A DNA stretch of 64,000 nucleotides, from assembly GCA_051362555.1 (NCBI GenBank), contig CM120647.1, positions 3,100,001 through 3,164,000 of the forward strand, written 5' to 3'. Every line of letters begins with the position of its first letter. Position 1 is the stretch's first letter. The translations under genes were made by a program, and so were the position numbers. Below, piece by piece: positions 52,297 to 64,000 of this stretch. A model generated the notes under the pieces. It had not been told where the DNA came from. It was given only the letters and a program-made list of their open reading frames with translations, and did not search any database. The stretch is from Lingula anatina. Taxonomy: Eukaryota > Animalia > Brachiopoda.

Positions 52297-54216
52297 CAGG
52301 GTAGGAAATAAGGACCGGCAGCCCGTGACGGCTCAATTGTCACCTGGGCGGTCTCTTTCCAAAAGTTGCCAGTCCGTCGGTCTGGCCATTTTCTGGCCTC
52401 TAAAATAATTGTATATCAATATGCACATTCATATTAAGCAGATTTGGCTGAAATAAAATGCATGTGATGCCCCAGCACGTAAGAAAAGAACACAGGAAGG
52501 TATCAGACAGTCAAATAAAGTGTATTATGACACCAAAGCAGGGCTCTACAAGTAAAAATTCAGTTCGGACTAGTGAATTTGCAGGATGGGCTGTCCGACG
52601 GACAGGTTATGTTTTTTTATTAGAACTTAAGAAAAAAAATCTTGAAAAAGACATTTTTGTTGCATACTAATGTCTTCTCGTCTCTTCCTGGATTGCATTG
52701 AAAAGAGTAGCCTACATTTGGTACAAAACATGTGGTCCCAAAACGAAGTCTAAGCAAACTTACCACCAAATTATGTAAGTGAACACCTTCCAGAACTTCA
52801 CAAGACAAAATTTATCCACATACTAGTAACAGGCTGAATACTGAATATTTATTTGCTTAAAAATCTAAGTGCTCTAGTAACAAAGACTGTTCCTAAAATA
52901 GAAACTACACAAGCACTGGGTACAACAGCCAGATTGGACTGGATGTATATAGTTTGTTGTCAAGGCATACTGCCTGTCAGTCAAACGTATTGCACGCTAT
53001 CTCCTCACAACCATATGAAGTTGGAAATTCAAACTTTGGGACTGAAAATATTGTTGAAATGTTGTTTATTTGCATAACCTAAAATTTTGTTTTATTTGTT
53101 TTATTTAATGACTCTAGCACCACCTCAGTCCTGTGTTATTTACAGTTCAAAATTTAGTGCTGGAATTTGATAAATTAGCAATGTTATCATATACCAGTGT
53201 GGTATTGACGTAAGGAAGAAAATTAACTAGTGATAAAAATATGAGAATTTAAATAAAAAGAAGGGGGAATTTTTTAAATGACTGATTTTATTTAATTCAT
53301 ACTGTATATTAAAAAAATCAAACACATGTTACCCCTAAAGAAAGCTAATTGTTAATATAAATATCAATTTAAAAACTTTAAAATTTGTGACATTTATATA
53401 AGTAAACTATGATACAATGAATATTCTTCTATTTTTAATGAAATTTATTCAAATATTAAAAATTTTGAATATTTTAATAAGATAATATAACACTGCCCCC
53501 ACCCCCCACCTCCAGCTCACAGTATTTTTTTAAGACTTGGTTAAACTTCATGTGAATCTGTTATCAAATTTCAGATTTACAATAAGTGGACCCTGCACCC
53601 CAAACCCTGGGAAAAGCCCTGATCGAAACCATGTTAAATCGGACTTATATGCAAGATTAAATATTCAGGAGTTCACAAGATTGAAGAAATGACTTTTTAT
53701 CTGAAAATAAATCCACTGCATTTTCCAGGCTCATTTGACTGAATATCTTGGTAAAAAATGCATTACATGTATGACTACACATATTAATGTTTACAAAGTT
53801 TACCAAGAGGTATTAATGGGAAAAAATGGTTTTGATGAACAGATTGGATTCAAAATCAGACACGTCAAATTTATGACCACCTGTCCAAAGGGATTTCTTA
53901 AGTATGCCCATGGAGCATTTGTAACAAGCAGGTTATGCAACTAACCTCTGATTATGACAATCACAGTGAATCAGACTTTTCCGATTTGGGTTCAGAGCAT
54001 AACGTTTCAGATGCTGACAGTGAAGAATCTACTTGAATAAATTCACTTTGAGACTAAGAGGCCCTGTTTCAATATCGTTCTTGCCTGCAATTGGTTTAAT
54101 CAGGTAATTTTCAAAAAAAAAAAAATCAGGACTGGCTACTTTTGGTCAGGGCTGGATACTTTTCAAGTTGCCAGCCCTGCTGTCCGGCTTCAAATTTATA
54201 CGAATTTCATACCCTG
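52297..54216. mobile_element. Non-autonomous hAT-like element
   Basis: TIR CAGGGTAGGAAAT / ATTTCATACCCTG; subterminal gccagccc / gggctgg motifs; no TSD visible. Confidence 0.65.
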
Positions 54217-55222
54217 CAACTTGATGTCATTTTTTGTGCTTAATTTTTGGCTGAGATGTGGCAATTGTAGCAACGTACCCTAAATATCTGTCTTCTCCAT
54301 CTTCTACTGACCTCTATGATCATTTGTCACCTGAATTACATAATAATGTACAGAATACCCTGTGGGAGCAGACGGCTAGCTCGCATGGCGGTTATTTAGG
54401 AAATTATTAGACTTGGCCTCGTTTCAAAGAGGGGAGGGGGGAACTGGAGGGGGGCGCAGCTCCAAGAGAAGATAGCATAGAGACCTGTAAGATGTAGAGG
54501 TGTTTATACAATGGCCTTTCTAGTTTTATACTAATAAACTTAACGAGACGATATAGTATATAATTATGTAACATTTTATACACCAAAGGAATATCCGTGC
54601 ATCGATTTCACTGAATGTTCTCTTAATTACTGGCGAGTAACAAAATTGGTACTAGAAGTTGTGAAAGATATACAACATTGTAAACTAACCATAGGCATGT
54701 TTTAAAATATATGAATCTTAAATTTGGCTTTAAACATGTTTACTTTTTGCCTGCGGGGTGTGGGGGTGTGTGCAAATGTATTGTATCAATTTTGAGAAAA
54801 AAAAAACATTAACCCAAAATAAGTTTTATTGCGCCATTGGTTTGGCATTTTGAGTGGAATAGTGTCATAAAAATGGCAATATAACACAGATGAATAATAT
54901 ATTTGTGTTTGTATGTCTTTAGTAAGTGATAGGCAAATAATCATTTAAGGGACTGTTGGTTTTGAATTGTTTTTGCAAGCAAAACTTTGGTTTTAGTCTG
55001 GTTAGGTGAACCAATCTTAATGCATGCTCTTGAGGATATGGCAGCTAGCATCTGTGTTTTGTTATCATACCTTTATTTTCCATTTGTGTATTGCAAATTT
55101 AAACATGGGGAAAACTTTGAAGGTGCTGAATGTCCAGAGGACCTGCACTTCATGTACCAGAAATTAATCTACAGGTCCTTATTCTGTGGAGGTCCTTCAG
55201 TCGTTTCTTACATATGATTAAT

Positions 55223-55273
55223 TTCTCTCTCTCTTTCTCTTTCTCTCCTTTAGTGGATGTTTACATATGATTC

Positions 55274-55321
<48 letters not shown>

Positions 55322-55332
55322 CACACACACAC
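55223..55332. repeat. (CT)n/(CA)n microsatellite
   Basis: Direct reading. Confidence 0.9.
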
Positions 55333-55779
55333 CTGCAAATGCATCACTTCTAAGTTAATTTGTGCCGGCCTTTAAAAGGAAATTACAGTTGTTCCACAAA
55401 AATAAAGAACATATAGTAAAAACTCAATCTTTTTGATGGGCAAATTATCAAACATTCAGATACATCATTTCATAAGTACAATACTTATTCTTTATAGCAT
55501 TTGTGGTGCTTTTACTGCATAGAATATAACTATATAGAAGTATGTTTATAATTTTGTTTGTACCATCCCATAGGAATGATCTGATTTTTAGAAATTATGA
55601 CTTGGAAAATACTGAATACAATATTTGTAAAAATCACAACTTTTTCATATGGAAAAGATCAAGTAAATGTAATTACTATATAATGGGAAGATGAAGATCA
55701 TCTGTAAAACTCATCTTTTAAAATTAATAATTATTGTACATTAAATGAAACAGGACCTTCAATGATTAGGGCATGATAG

Positions 55780-55979
55780 TACCCTCTACCAGGGCGACTG
55801 ATAGATTTTTACGGATATTCACAGATATGTCTCTAGCTAGATAGATTGTCATTTTAACTCTAAGTCACATCTAAGTCACAAGTAAATCTAGTGACTTAGA
55901 GTTAAAATGACAATCTATCTAGATAGAGACATATCTGTGAATATCCGTAAAAATCTATCAGTCGCCCTGGTAGAGGGTA
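55780..55979. mobile_element. Near-perfect palindromic Mutator-like MITE (200 bp)
   Basis: Inverted arms of about 90 bp beginning TACCCTCTACCAGGGCGACTG; exact 9-bp TSD GCATGATAG. Confidence 0.93.
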
Positions 55980-57744
55980 GCATGATAGTGGGTACACCAC
56001 AATTTGTGGTGCCCCGACTTGCATGTGTTTTCTAACATTTTCAGGCCTTGATTCAAATTGGGTTTTTAATTGAATGATGGGTGTGCAACTTTGCCCAAAG
56101 TTCAATTCCAGACAAACTTTGTTTATCAATACTGTCATGAATTAGGTATAAATAGTGCAGTTTAAGGTAAAGATTGATTGTAAATGGTGCTGTTTAAGTT
56201 TACCTATTACAAATATTGCAATTTATTATTATTAATTTCAGTGTGTATGTGTGTGAGCGTGCAATAAATGTAGTTAGAAATTTTTTAGAGATATTCTATT
56301 GAAAACTCTATTAATTTCTATTAATGCTATTAATTTCTTCTGGGCTTGAATAGAAATAATTTTTTCCTTTGGCATGTACACTTTAGAATAACTGTACAGT
56401 ACATGTATTAGTGTATAACTTGCCTGGGCTATTACCTAAAAATCCCTGAAAAATACTTGAATTAGAGCCTTAAAGGTCCTTGAAAGCCAATTGTTCTTAT
56501 GTGTCTGTATGAATCCTTGCCAGTGAATTCTGTGATAGAGTTGTTGGAATGACTAAATAATATGGTATTCATTGGTACAGTACAGATGTATGGGATTTTG
56601 AACCCTTTAAAACTGATTCATGGTCAAGTGTACATGAAAGAACTACAAAGGTACTAGTAATTTTGCTATAAATAACTGCACACAGACACTCCATTGTAAA
56701 AGTTAAAGATATTAGCTTTTGCCTAACTTAGAGAATATGGGGAGATTATCATATTATATTATAATACACAACTACTAATATAATGTATAGGAACACAGTG
56801 ATGTGGGAAGAGGTATAGTCAAGCACCTAAAAATGTTATGCATATAATGCATATGCATATCAATTCCAGCATTATATTTCAAGTTAAATTTTTAATATTT
56901 TAATTTGTAGATGCAGCACACTCCTTTGTGACTGTTAAGAAAAAGATGTTGAAGATACACCTAACTCATCATGCTTTGCCAAAGATCATGCAGGTGCAGG
57001 ACAGGATTTTATTTAAATAGACAATGTCTGAGATTTTGCCTGAAGGAAGAGACTTTATGTGATTTTATAGACTTACTAGTAACTTATCTACTTAATGACA
57101 GTTCTTTTGAATTTTAAACATCTTACCTGATATTAATCAAGGGTTTCTGGATTTAAATTTAATTTAATGAAGATTTTTTAAAAATTGAAATAATTGTGAT
57201 TCTTGGATTGGGTGAAATAACTGCCTTGACTCCAGGAATAAGGTGGAAAGTTCTTTCACAGGACTGGTAATAATTTTCTTGACATTAATCATTTAACAAT
57301 TGTTTAAATTTAATATTATTATATCTTTATAAAAAGTTTCTTTGAGATGTATTTTTGTATTATTTTTCCATTCACATCACATTATTTAGTTGGTTGAAGG
57401 TATTTGTTCAGTGTAATGTTATGAATTAATTAAACAGTTTAAAATATATCACTAATCTTTTTGTTTCAACCACAACACCGGCAGACCAAGTCCTTTGAAG
57501 AATTCATCCATTAATCAGCTTCCTAATTTTTCAGTTATACCTTGCAGTCTGCAGATTTCAGATGCTTAAGATATTTTATCAGGACACTGATCTGCCTGTG
57601 CATCAGACATGTTATTTCAGTGCCCTACTACTTATGTGATTCTGGATAAAATTATTTTGCCTTTGGTTCAGTGATGTAAATCACTGTGCTCCTGGTTTTA
57701 GGTTGGGTCATTAATCATTGTGCAAATTGCAGATACCTCGGTGA

Positions 57745-58098
57745 CCCGTTGGCCTACCGTTGGCCCAATGTTAATGCAATTTTGGTTTGAGGTTGGGTAA
57801 TTGTTGGACTGATGTTGGTTATTAGTAGAACCAATATAAATACACTGTTGGTTACAGGTTGGGTAATTGTTGGGCCCATGTTGAATATTAGTTGGCCCAA
57901 TGTAGGGCCAACGTAGTTTGGTTGGGAATATGTTGGCAATGCGTTAGCATTGAAATTGACTAACGTTGGGCCAACGTTGGCCAAATACATTCAGCCAACC
58001 GTTGGCCAAAGTGAGCACTTAGATGGAAACCCAACGTTGGGCCAACATGTGCATGGGCAACCAAAGCAACGTTGGCCCAACGTTTACATGCTATCTGG
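57745..58098. mobile_element. One end of a CACTA/EnSpm-like element with CCAACGTTGG subterminal repeats
   Basis: Ends ...tgctatctggg (CCCAGATAGCA on minus strand); dense ccaacgttgg / gttgggcc palindromes; partner end not found. Confidence 0.65.
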
Positions 58099-58484
58099 GA
58101 AGGATGTATAGGACCAGGATTAATCCTTTTGCCATGCCTTAACCTGCAATTATCATATAACGAAAGCACCAATCATTGCCAAATGCTGTGTGGCAATGAC
58201 AACTATCACAACCTCTGCAATACTTCTAAGAGATGAAAAAATATGTTCTTGAGCTGTGCTCTTGCTAATATTAATATTTATTAGTTATCAGTATATAGAA
58301 ATGCAGTTTGTGTAATCATTTTAGGCTTTAACCACATGAAGTTAGTTAAAGTGTAAGAGGTATATGCAACTAAACAATGTATTGTTTTATTTTTAATGTG
58401 CAAGTTTCTATATATATGTTGTTTACAGACAAAATCTACTTATCAAAAATAAAACAAGTTTATTCAAATGCAAATATGGATTGT

Positions 58485-58996
58485 CAGGGTGCAAGTCACA
58501 TCTTGGTCCTTGTAGCCGTTGACTCTCTGGGTGCAAGTCTTGGTCCTTGTAGCTGTTGTCTCTCAGGGTGCAAGTTTTGGTCCTTGTAGCTGTTGTCTCT
58601 CAGGGTGCAAGTTTTGGTCCTTGTAGCTGTTGTCTCTCAGGGTGCAAGTCTTGCTCCTTGTAGCTGTTGTCTCTCAGGGTGCAAGTCTTGCTCCTTGTAG
58701 CTGTTGTCTCTCAGGGTGCAAAGCTTGCTCCTTGTAGCTGTTGTCTCTCAGGGTGCAAGTCTTGGTCCTTGTAGCTGTTCATTTTCAGGGTACAAGTCTT
58801 GGTCCTTGTAGCTGTTGTCTCTCAGGGTGCAAGTATTGGCCCTTGTAGCTGTTGACTCTCAGGGTGCAAGTCTTGGTCCTTGTAGCTGTTGTCTCTCAGG
58901 GTGCAAGTTTTGGTCCTTGTAGCTGTTCATTTTCAGGGTGCAAGTCTTGGTCCTTGTAGCTGTTGATTTTCAGGGTGAAAGTTTTGGTCCTTGTAA
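58485..58996. repeat. 37-bp minisatellite (about 13-14 copies)
   Basis: Unit tctcagggtgcaagtcttggtccttgtagctgttgtc. Confidence 0.95.
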
Positions 58997-59623
58997 TATA
59001 TCTCGCCTCTCACATGCCTCCCCATGCATCTGGTCGAATGGAGCCCAGATTAAATTATGATTTTATACACATATTAAATATGCGCATGCATGCACACATA
59101 CTAACATGCACACATACATACGAACAGTTTTGCTCAAGCAACCTGGTCTTATAATACTAAATCTGGTCTTCTTGAAAATAATTAATTTTTTTAATGAATA
59201 GACTTTGAATGAGTTTTCAATTCTGTATTTTTGCCCAAATCCTATTTGTACACAGCTAGTTTCTATTCCACATTTTTGTCTTCAGGCGACATAAAAGACA
59301 CAAAGAGTATGTCAGATGCTGAGAGCATTAAAGATCGAAAGAGGTAAGATGGTATACACCAATTTAACAGGCATTCATTAAACACACTCTAAAAATTTAC
59401 CCACACAATAAGCAGACTCTCTTGCACAATCACTAAGTTAATTCACTGTTATCTGTTTTTATTGCATGTATATCTTTGAATATGTGTTGTGGACAAGTAT
59501 GGTTTCCTTTTTTTTTTCTTCAGTTGATGTTAAAGACACAACAGCTGTGACAGCAGACATATGAAGGAGAGAGGTTAAGACAGCAGGGGCAATAGAATAG
59601 GGATCTATTTATTATGCTGATGG

Positions 59624-62412
59624 CCCAGCTAGAATGGGAGCCCCGGCTGCCCACAGGAGCCCAGGCTGCCAGAGAGACTGCCAGGGAGACTGTCCTTTTG
59701 CAGTCTGGGGCTCCAGTGTGCAGTCTCCTTGAGCAGGCAGACTGCAAAGGGGGCTGCAATAACTTAAATATTTTTGCAGGGGACTGCAAAGGAGGCTGCA
59801 ATAACTTAAACATTTTGCAGGGGACTGCAAAGGGGGCTTCAATAACTTCAACATTTTGCAGGGGACTGCAAAGGAGGCTGCAATAACTTAGGCATTTTTG
59901 CAGGAGACTGCAAAGGGGGCTGCAATAACTTAAATATTTTGCACGGGACTGCAAAGGAGGCTGCAATAACTGACATTTTTAACGTTGCCCAACGTATGCA
60001 ATAAAAAACCCAATAGTTACTTAAAAAGTGTTTCTATTCGCAACTGGGAAGCATGTATGCTAATCTTTTGATCAGTTATCAGGCTTAAAAGAAAACATTT
60101 TCTTTTTATTAAGAGCTTGTCAAAATGACTTTAAAATTGTTTGGGTTAAAAGCAGTTGTTGGCTTTAATCCTCCAAGCTATATATACACTCATATATAGT
60201 ACATTTACTTCACCTATAAAAAATAACTGTGTGAACAGATTTATATTTTTTAAATAATGCTGTGAAAATTTTATATGCTTAATCATTGCTATTATTATCA
60301 TTGAAATTAGACAAATGATTGAAGTCTTATTTTAATATACAATTGCACAATGTATAAATTTCAAACCTCACAGTTAGCATCAATTTAAGTTGGACTTAAA
60401 ATCAACTGGTAACTTTCAATAGACCAAATTCATTTCAAGTTAGGGGCATGTTTATCTTAACTGTCAGTTTGATATACACAGTCCGCCTACAGCTTGCTCA
60501 ATGAGATCAAATTACTATACTGGACAGTACATAGCACAGTTTAAACAGGCAGTAGTCCGTTGGGCTGATTCAAATATCTAAGCCAGAAGCTATAGGTCAG
60601 GAATGTTCTAAGGATCGAAGAGGCAAGAAATCTGAAAACATTGATTTCTGGATTGAAAAAGAAGACATTTTAAGGAAATATAGAAAGAAAAATGAAGAGA
60701 TAAAGAGACAGGATAAGAAGTGAGCATGCAAGCCTTTTAGGTTTTGTATGTTCCTACATGTATAGTTTACTGATGCACCAGGATCCATAGAGCCTTGGAA
60801 AGTGTTCAATTTTAACCCAGCACTTTGAATTCTGTTTGTGGTTTTGAAAAGTACTTGGAATTGCTATTAGGCTAGAAAAAGGTTTGCATTTAACCATTTT
60901 GGTCCTTGTAAAAATCTTATTTTAAATTCTTTAGTTTTTGGCATGAATATCAACAATAATTCACAGATGAGGATAATTACCTTTTAAAACATCTCTGTAC
61001 ATTTCATCATCATGCAGTGTGTTAAAAATACCAAGTTTAAATGAAATGAGCCTTTTTTTCCTTTGGTATGTACACTTTAAAATTGTATTAGTGTATAACT
61101 TGCCCTCATTAGTTGAAAAAACCTTAAAAATTACTTGAAATATTGCTGTTATGTGTCTGTATATATGAATCCTGGTCAGTGAATTTTGTGATAGAGTTTT
61201 TGGAATGATTAAATAACATACAGTAGAATTCCCAGCCCTCTGCTAATATGGGCTTTGTAGAAATATATATATATGTAAAGCAGTAAACTGAAGTAAATTG
61301 TATGGAGAGAAATAAACCAATATGTTAGATATAAATGGATCAGATAACATACATTTTATGATCAAGGGGAAATTTTGTATTTAGATTTGAACTTATACAC
61401 ATACTTTGGAGAATGATTATTTCTAAATTCCTTTTGATAAATGTAATTATTGTTTGAATATACAAAAAATAAATAAATAAATAAAATATATAAATAAAAA
61501 GATTTTAACAAATATTTTTTTGCCAGTTGCCTAGGGAGACTGCAGAGTAGACTGCTAGAGGGGCTGCCAAGCAGACTGCTAGGGGGGCTGCCAAAGCAGA
61601 CTGCTAGGGGGGCTGCCAAAGCAGACTGCTAGGGGGGCTGCCAAAGCAGACTGCTAGGGGGGCTGCCAAAGCAGACTGCTAGGGGGGCTGCCAAAGCAGA
61701 CTGCTAGGGGGACTGCCAAGCAGACTGCTAGGGGGGCTGCCAAGCAGACTGCTAGGGGGGCTGCCAAGCAGACTGCTAGGGGGGCTGCCAAAGCAGACTG
61801 CTAGGGGGACTGCCCAGGCAGTCCCTCTGGCAGCGCGTTCCAAAAATGCAAATTAAGACTGCCAGGGAGACTGCCAAGCAGACTGCTAGGGGGGCTGCCA
61901 AAGCAGACTGCTAGGGGGACTGCCCAGGCAGTCCCTCTGGCAGCGCGTTCCAAAAATGCAAATTAAGACTGCCAGAGGGACTGCCAAGCAGACTGCCAAG
62001 GGGGCTTCCAAGCAGACTGCTAGGGGGACTGCCAAGCAGACTGCTAGGGGGGCTGCCAAGCAGACTGCTACGGGGACTGCCAAAGCAGACTGCTAGGGGG
62101 ACTGCCCAGGCAGTCCCTCTGGCAGCGCGTTCCAAAAATGCAAATTAAGACTGCCAGGGAGACTGCCAAACAGACTGCTAGGGGGCTGCCAAAGCAGACT
62201 GCTAGGGGGACTGCCCAGGCAGTCCCCCTGGCAGCGCGTTCCAAAAATGCAAATTAAGACTGCCAAGGGGACTCCCTCCATACTTAAGGATACCTGCAAA
62301 GGAGGCTGCTATGGGAGCGGGGACTGCTAGGGAGACTGCAAAGCAGGCTCCATGGGGGGACTGTAAAGGAGACTGCAAGCAGACTGCAAAGGGGACTACT
62401 TTTCTAGCTGGG
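59624..62412. mobile_element. Non-autonomous CACTA/EnSpm-like element (CCC termini, 2-bp TSD)
   Basis: TIR CCCAGCTAGAA / TTCTAGCTGGG; GG on both sides; subterminal GACTGC-rich arrays at 59640-59970 and 61530-62400. Confidence 0.83.
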
Positions 62413-62429
62413 GGAATGTGACTGTGAAT

Positions 62430-62430
<1 letters not shown>

Positions 62431-62464
<34 letters not shown>
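62431..62464. repeat. (CA)n microsatellite
   Basis: Direct reading. Confidence 0.95.
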
Positions 62465-62465
<1 letters not shown>

Positions 62466-62575
62466 TCCTTATGTTTTGCCAACACAGTTTGTGCTTTTTG
62501 CAAGTTTAAAATGATACTTGGCAAATTTGTTAACTCTAAGCAATGGTTAATATTTTGATGCAGTTTCATACATGA

Positions 62576-62817
62576 AACAAGAAAAGCACTGAGAGTGCAG
62601 ATCTCCGCCAAGGCAGTGATTTTTTTATTATTATTGATTATTGATTGATTATTGATCTGGATCACCACCAAAAACTAATCATCTCTTCCTTGGCCCACAT
62701 CTGACAGTTCCTGAAAATCTCATCAAAATCGGTCCATAACATTTTGAGTTATGTTGATGACAAACAAACAAACATACAGACAAACGGGTGAAAACATAAC
62801 CTCCTTGGCGGAGGTAA
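62576..62817 (-). mobile_element. Short HINE/DINE-like element, family C, copy 2
   Basis: aacaagaaaagcactgagagtgc, ctccgccaagg, (ACAA)n, aacctccttggcggaggtaa; homologous to 43387-43623. Confidence 0.83.
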
Positions 62818-64000
62818 TACACTGACTGCTTATTGAAGGTTATTTATTATTGCATATTAGTAAGTAATACTGTGCCATATATTTCAGCTCCCAAGGACTG
62901 CTGCCAATCAAGGTGGAGGAGGATGTTAAATCTTTTCACGTCTTGCTTCAAATGCAGGCCAAGAACATAAATGGTTATAATTATTATCATTCATTATTAA
63001 ATCTAATCATTTCGGACATTTAGAAATGAAAAAATTACAGTATTTATAAAAAAAACGGATTCATTATACAGTCACAAGAAAGTTCTTTTCTTGTTTCCTT
63101 GCTTTAATGACATCATAACAAAGTTAACTTAAAGAGTTTTAGAGGAAAACTTAGTCAAACAGCTGGTAAAACTGTACATGAAAGCAGTAATTATATGATA
63201 GCAGCCAGGAGCTGGTGGTTGTAGAGTTACTGTCAACATCTTTTTACACTACATTTAACTGAATACACATTTTAACTGAATTATATTTTAATATTTTCAT
63301 CTTTCATTTTTCAGGGTTGTCAGTGCACATCTATTATTAGCTCTGTGGCAGCCAGTTTGAACACTTCAGAATATCGTTTTCTTAAAACACCTTTATTTTA
63401 CTGGTACAATAAACTATTGATTAAATGTTATTAAATGGGTTTTGTCTTTCTTTCTTTTCTAAATAAAAGAGAAAAATTTGTTAACAGGTGATTTGAATAT
63501 TTATAAGTAGCCAGCAATGTTGAAGGGTGGGATGCTTAAGGGGGGGTTGTCGTTATCCGATAAAGTGGATTTTCTTTATTCGTTTAGTTGATCCAACTTG
63601 GGATACGTCACAGTAATGGTACCATGATAGGTTTTGGACCCTTTCCAGCAAAAGGGCAATTTTTTCAAACCAACATCCTCGAATATGGGCCTTAACAAAT
63701 AATTTGGCCTGTACACCATAAATGGATTTTGATTATAGTTCAAAAACTTCGACTTTCATCCAAACTTTTTTTTTCATTTATAACTATATCCATATGTGAC
63801 TTTCAAATAATGTTTTTATTTTTATGAACTGTCCCTTAAAGTAGAAAATTTCCTTCATGGGGTTTTAATTTAAAACCTCTACATCACTCAACTAAAAAAG
63901 AAATGACCACTTTATGTCATTCTCTGCTTTTACTGAAACAAAAACAAACCCAACTCTTGGTTACTGTCATGGCAGGAAGTTTTATTACAAAAAGTGTGCC

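Noticed and set aside
51845-54320. Older TIR element hosting the 52297-54216 insertion
   Set aside because: Only patchy inverted similarity (gaggtcag, tcagccaaaa); ends and TSD could not be fixed
63537-64000. TTAA-flanked DNA transposon end (Kolobok- or piggyBac-like)
   Set aside because: Only one candidate end is in the window, so neither TIR nor TSD can be verified

Overview
AT-rich animal genomic DNA with spliceosomal introns; no prokaryotic features. The repeat types suggest a marine invertebrate, plausibly a mollusc, but that is inference. Bases 1-10,398 hold the 5' part of one large minus-strand gene encoding a secreted or cell-surface protein with a signal peptide and SRCR, CUB-like and parallel beta-helix modules, resembling Drosophila Bark beetle/Anakonda. 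Six exons splice in frame (about 1,911 codons). A seventh runs off the window and is one base out of phase. The other ~54 kb has no convincing host protein-coding gene and is mostly transposon-derived. Many boundaries can be fixed to the base from terminal inverted repeats (TIRs), target-site duplications (TSDs) and empty-site paralogues within the window. Elements include an L2/CR1 LINE fragment, a Tc1/mariner derivative, Harbinger-like and Mutator-like MITEs, a solo LTR, hAT-like elements with 5- and 6-bp TSDs, three Helentron/HINE-like families carrying satellites, an Academ-like foldback element and a CACTA/EnSpm-like element. The most striking structures are a five-level nested insertion stack (26,151-39,143) and a 3.3-kb satellite that shifts from 28-bp to 29-bp monomers and then to a 173-bp higher-order repeat. 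I found no clear evidence of a new protein-based system; the novelty is in repeat architecture. All superfamily calls are by eye from termini and TSDs, not from database searches.
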